From: Armatimonadota bacterium
GTDB taxonomy: Bacteria; Armatimonadota; DTGP01; JAHWJO01
Length of the DNA: 54,836 nt
Assembly (NCBI GenBank): GCA_038240635.1
Contig: JBBRGS010000002.1
Location: 1-54,836, forward strand
Direction of reading: 5' to 3'
This document shows positions 52,641 through 54,836 of the stretch, in pieces. The notes beneath the pieces are model-generated. The model had not been told where the DNA came from. It saw only the letters and a program-made list of their open reading frames with translations, and made no database searches. The position numbers were made by a program, and so were the translations under genes. How positions within the stretch are numbered: position 1 is the first letter of the stretch; the number at the start of each line of letters is the position of its first letter.

Positions 52641-53912
52641 TCAGGGGGACACCGGCTTCACGCTCGCGTTGAGGGTCGCCGCCGCCTCGGCCTGATCCTC
52701 CGCCTCTTCCTCGGCCTCCCAGGTCTGCTGAGACCCGCGCATCCGGATCGCCACCGTCGTCGCATACACGAACGCGATGCTTCCGCCCGCCCGCACGGCC
52801 CACGGCGAACCCCAGCGCTCCGCCGCGAACCCCGCCATCAGGTTGCCGAGCGGCATGATCCCCTGGAAAATCATCATGTAGGCGCTCATCACGCGGCCCC
52901 GCAGCCGATCCGGCACGATGAGCTGCACCAGCGTGTTCGTTGTGGCGTTTTGGCTCACCGCCGACAGCCCCACAAATGCGAGGCAGACGAACGCCACCGG
53001 CAGCGTTTTGGCGAACGAGAACGCCACGATGGAGAGGCCCAGCATCATCGCGGCGACCGCGACAATGGACGAGCGACGAATATCGAGTTGCGCGCGGGCC
53101 AGCAGCAGCGCCCCCGCCAGCGCCCCGAAGCCGTTCGCGGAGAACAACGCCCCCATCCCCGCCGCGTTGGTCCCGAACACCTCGCGGGCGAAGGCGGGCA
53201 TGAGGGTGCCGTACGGCAGCGCGAAGAGACTTCCCACGGAGACGATGGACATCAACGTCATGATTCGCTTGTGCCGTCCAATGTAGCTCAGCCCCTCGGT
53301 GAGGCTTGTCCAGAGATTGGTGTCGGTCTGTGGCGGGTGCTGAGTGAACCGCAGCCAGGGCAGGGGCAGGATCACGGCGAGAAAACTGAGGCCATTCAGG
53401 AAGAAACACCAGCCCATGCCGCTCCACTCGACGAGGAAACCCGCCAGCGCCGGGCCGAAGATGCGGGCCAGGTTGAACGCCGCCGAGTTCAGGGCGATGG
53501 CGTTCATCAGGTCTTCCTTGCCGACCATATCCGTCACCATCGCCTGCCGCGCGGGGAGGTCGTAGGAGGTGACGACGCCGCCGATCAGCGACAGCAGCGC
53601 GATGTGCCACACCTGCACGGCGTGCGCCCAGACCAGCCCGGCCAGCACGAAGGCCAGCAGCATATAGAGCGCCTGCGTGAAGCCGATGATCCTCTTCCGG
53701 TCGGTGCGGTCGGCGAGGACGCCCCCGAACAGGGAGAGGAAGAGGAGCGGGAAGGCGTTGAGAAAGGCGATCATGCCGAGCGACGCCGCGCTGTGCGTGA
53801 TGTCGTACACCAGCCAGGGACGGGCCACCATCTGGACCCAGTTGCCCATCTGTGACACTAAATTCCCCACCCAGTAGATGCGAAAGTTGGGGTTGCGTAA
53901 GGCTCGAAACAT
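52641..53912 (-). CDS. MFS transporter (EntS/MFS_3-like), paralog of 39988-41310
   Basis: FRIYWVGNLVSQMGNWVQ and GGVLADRTDRKRII motifs. About 12 hydrophobic segments. Confidence 0.8.
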   Translation of the reverse strand: MFRALRNPNFRIYWVGNLVSQMGNWVQMVARPWLVYDITHSAASLGMIAFLNAFPLLFLSLFGGVLADRTDRKRIIGFTQALYMLLAFVLAGLVWAHAVQVWHIALLSLIGGVVTSYDLPARQAMVTDMVGKEDLMNAIALNSAAFNLARIFGPALAGFLVEWSGMGWCFFLNGLSFLAVILPLPWLRFTQHPPQTDTNLWTSLTEGLSYIGRHKRIMTLMSIVSVGSLFALPYGTLMPAFAREVFGTNAAGMGALFSANGFGALAGALLLARAQLDIRRSSIVAVAAMMLGLSIVAFSFAKTLPVAFVCLAFVGLSAVSQNATTNTLVQLIVPDRLRGRVMSAYMMIFQGIMPLGNLMAGFAAERWGSPWAVRAGGSIAFVYATTVAIRMRGSQQTWEAEEEAEDQAEAAATLNASVKPVSP

Positions 53913-53936
53913 GAAGAGAGGCGGACTCCTGTCTCT

Positions 53937-54755
53937 CTATTCTGCCTGGGAGGGCGCCGGGCCTTCAACCAGGCGTCGGGGAACGGTTCCATCCAGGCGA
54001 CGGGAGCGCTCTCCGGCGAGAAGGTCGCCCCCCTCCTCCAGCAGCAGTGCCGTGCGTGGAGCGAGCGCGCGGAACGAAACCGTGTCGTCCCTCATCCGCG
54101 CGACGAGGCGCCGCAGGTCTTCCGGCGTATCGCAATCGGGGCAGGGAGGCGCGAGGTGAACTCGCAGGCCGAGCGCTTCCGCCTCATGGATCGTGCGGGC
54201 GAGGACTTCGGGGCCGCTCCACGGGATGCCCTCGAAGAGCGAGGGATGCATCCGGCTCAGCCCGATGGCGTTGTATCCGCCGTCCGGCGCGGGAACCAGC
54301 CCCACGTCAAACTCCCGCCGCACGAGGCCGTCCGCCAGGGTCGCCAGAGTCTCCGCCGCCAGCAGAGGCGTGTCCGCGCCGACCAGCAACGTGGCGGGGA
54401 GACCGGCCTCCAGCCCCGCGCGCATGGCGTGCGCCAGCCGCGCGCCGAGGTCGCCGTCGCATTGAGGGTGCAGAGGGACGCCGGGCAGGAGACTTCGGAA
54501 GTCGGCCGCCCGATGGCGCGGGGTGAAGGCGACTCCTCCGAGGAGAGAGGGCGCGGCGGCGGTCAGCGACTCCACGCGGTCCAGCAGGAAGGCCCGCGCG
54601 AGGTCCGCCGCCCGCGCCGGGGTGAGCGGAGGGCAGAGGCGGGTCTTCACGTGGCCCGGCTCCGGCCATCGGGCCATTACCCACGCGAGCGGGAAAGACG
54701 GGCAGGGCGAGTCGGGAACCCGAAGAGCGTCGCCGTCAGACGGGTTCGGGTTCAC
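53937..54755 (-). CDS. DUF2064 family (TIGR04282-like) glycosyltransferase-fold protein
   Basis: WPEPGHVKTRLCPPLTPARAADLARAFLLD is typical of the DUF2064 N-terminus. The GTG start overlaps the stop of an upstream minus-strand gene (GTGA at 54752-54755). Confidence 0.6.
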   Translation of the reverse strand: MNPNPSDGDALRVPDSPCPSFPLAWVMARWPEPGHVKTRLCPPLTPARAADLARAFLLDRVESLTAAAPSLLGGVAFTPRHRAADFRSLLPGVPLHPQCDGDLGARLAHAMRAGLEAGLPATLLVGADTPLLAAETLATLADGLVRREFDVGLVPAPDGGYNAIGLSRMHPSLFEGIPWSGPEVLARTIHEAEALGLRVHLAPPCPDCDTPEDLRRLVARMRDDTVSFRALAPRTALLLEEGGDLLAGERSRRLDGTVPRRLVEGPAPSQAE

Positions 54756-54836
54756 GGCGGGCCATCGCCACCACGCTCACCCTCGCCGCCAGCGCCTGCG
54801 CCACGCGACGAAACGCCTCCGCCTCCGGCCCATGCG
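54752..54836 (-). CDS. 3' end of an unidentified gene running off the window
   Basis: Open minus-strand frame ending ...ERGGDGPP-TGA at 54752-54754, coupled to the DUF2064 start. Too short to identify. Confidence 0.25.
   Translation of the reverse strand, partial: AWAGGGGVSSRGAGAGGEGERGGDGPP

Noticed and set aside
51247-53610. 787-aa ORF as a single gene
   Set aside because: Its N-terminal ~365 aa overlap the MFS transporter gene (52641-53912) in another frame and are Arg/Gly-rich. An internal ATG at 52509, with an RBS and a signal peptide, gives a sensible 420-aa protein.
1-54836. tRNA, rRNA, transposase, integrase or prophage genes
   Set aside because: None were recognised in any intergenic region or ORF translation, so the foldback repeats are treated as non-autonomous.

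Overview
High-GC bacterial chromosomal window with about 50 protein genes. I recognised no rRNA, tRNA, CRISPR array, transposase or integrase. All calls rest on reading the ORF translations and the DNA by eye; no searches were run.

Content from left to right:
- plsX (partial)-fabH-fabD, then leuB.
- An Smr protein, a cell-wall amidase and a KGG stress protein.
- A DUF1559 prepilin-like protein and a coupled membrane protein-DUF1800-DUF1501 operon. This gene mix suggests a Planctomycetota/Verrucomicrobiota/Armatimonadota-like genome (inference only).
- A complete minus-strand [FeFe]-hydrogenase locus (10880-22208): hydE-hydG-aspartase-like lyase-hydF, then a foldback repeat, then rex-hydC-hydB-hydA. 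The structural genes have the Thermotoga-type trimeric HydABC architecture.
- A siaABCD-like c-di-GMP module made of a PP2C phosphatase, a kinase, a DUF1987 protein and a GGDEF cyclase.
- A glycan-utilisation cluster: a GH-A-like enzyme, a URO-D-fold protein, GH4, GH130 and a 1022-aa secreted protein. It is interrupted by a low-GC islet carrying a PIN toxin and an unusually large partner.
- A double-domain ThyX-like gene, two paralogous MFS transporters, a STAS protein and a rhomboid protease.
- A presenilin/SPP-like GxGD membrane protein, an HPS-like enzyme coupled to a DUF815 ATPase, an orphan histidine kinase, cysC and a DUF2064 gene.

Most noteworthy observations:
1. A repeat family with roughly 130-160-nt terminal inverted arms and internal variable tandem arrays. 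Two full copies (16288-16937 and 30395-30847) and one degenerate 9-mer cluster all sit in tail-to-head intergenic gaps.
2. Matching Rex-type inverted repeats with TCGTTAA half-sites just downstream of -10-like boxes in front of both rex and hydE.
3. The PIN nuclease translationally coupled to a 322-aa partner of unknown fold on a low-GC islet.
4. A bacterial membrane protein with D / GxGD / PAL motifs spaced as in presenilin-type proteases.
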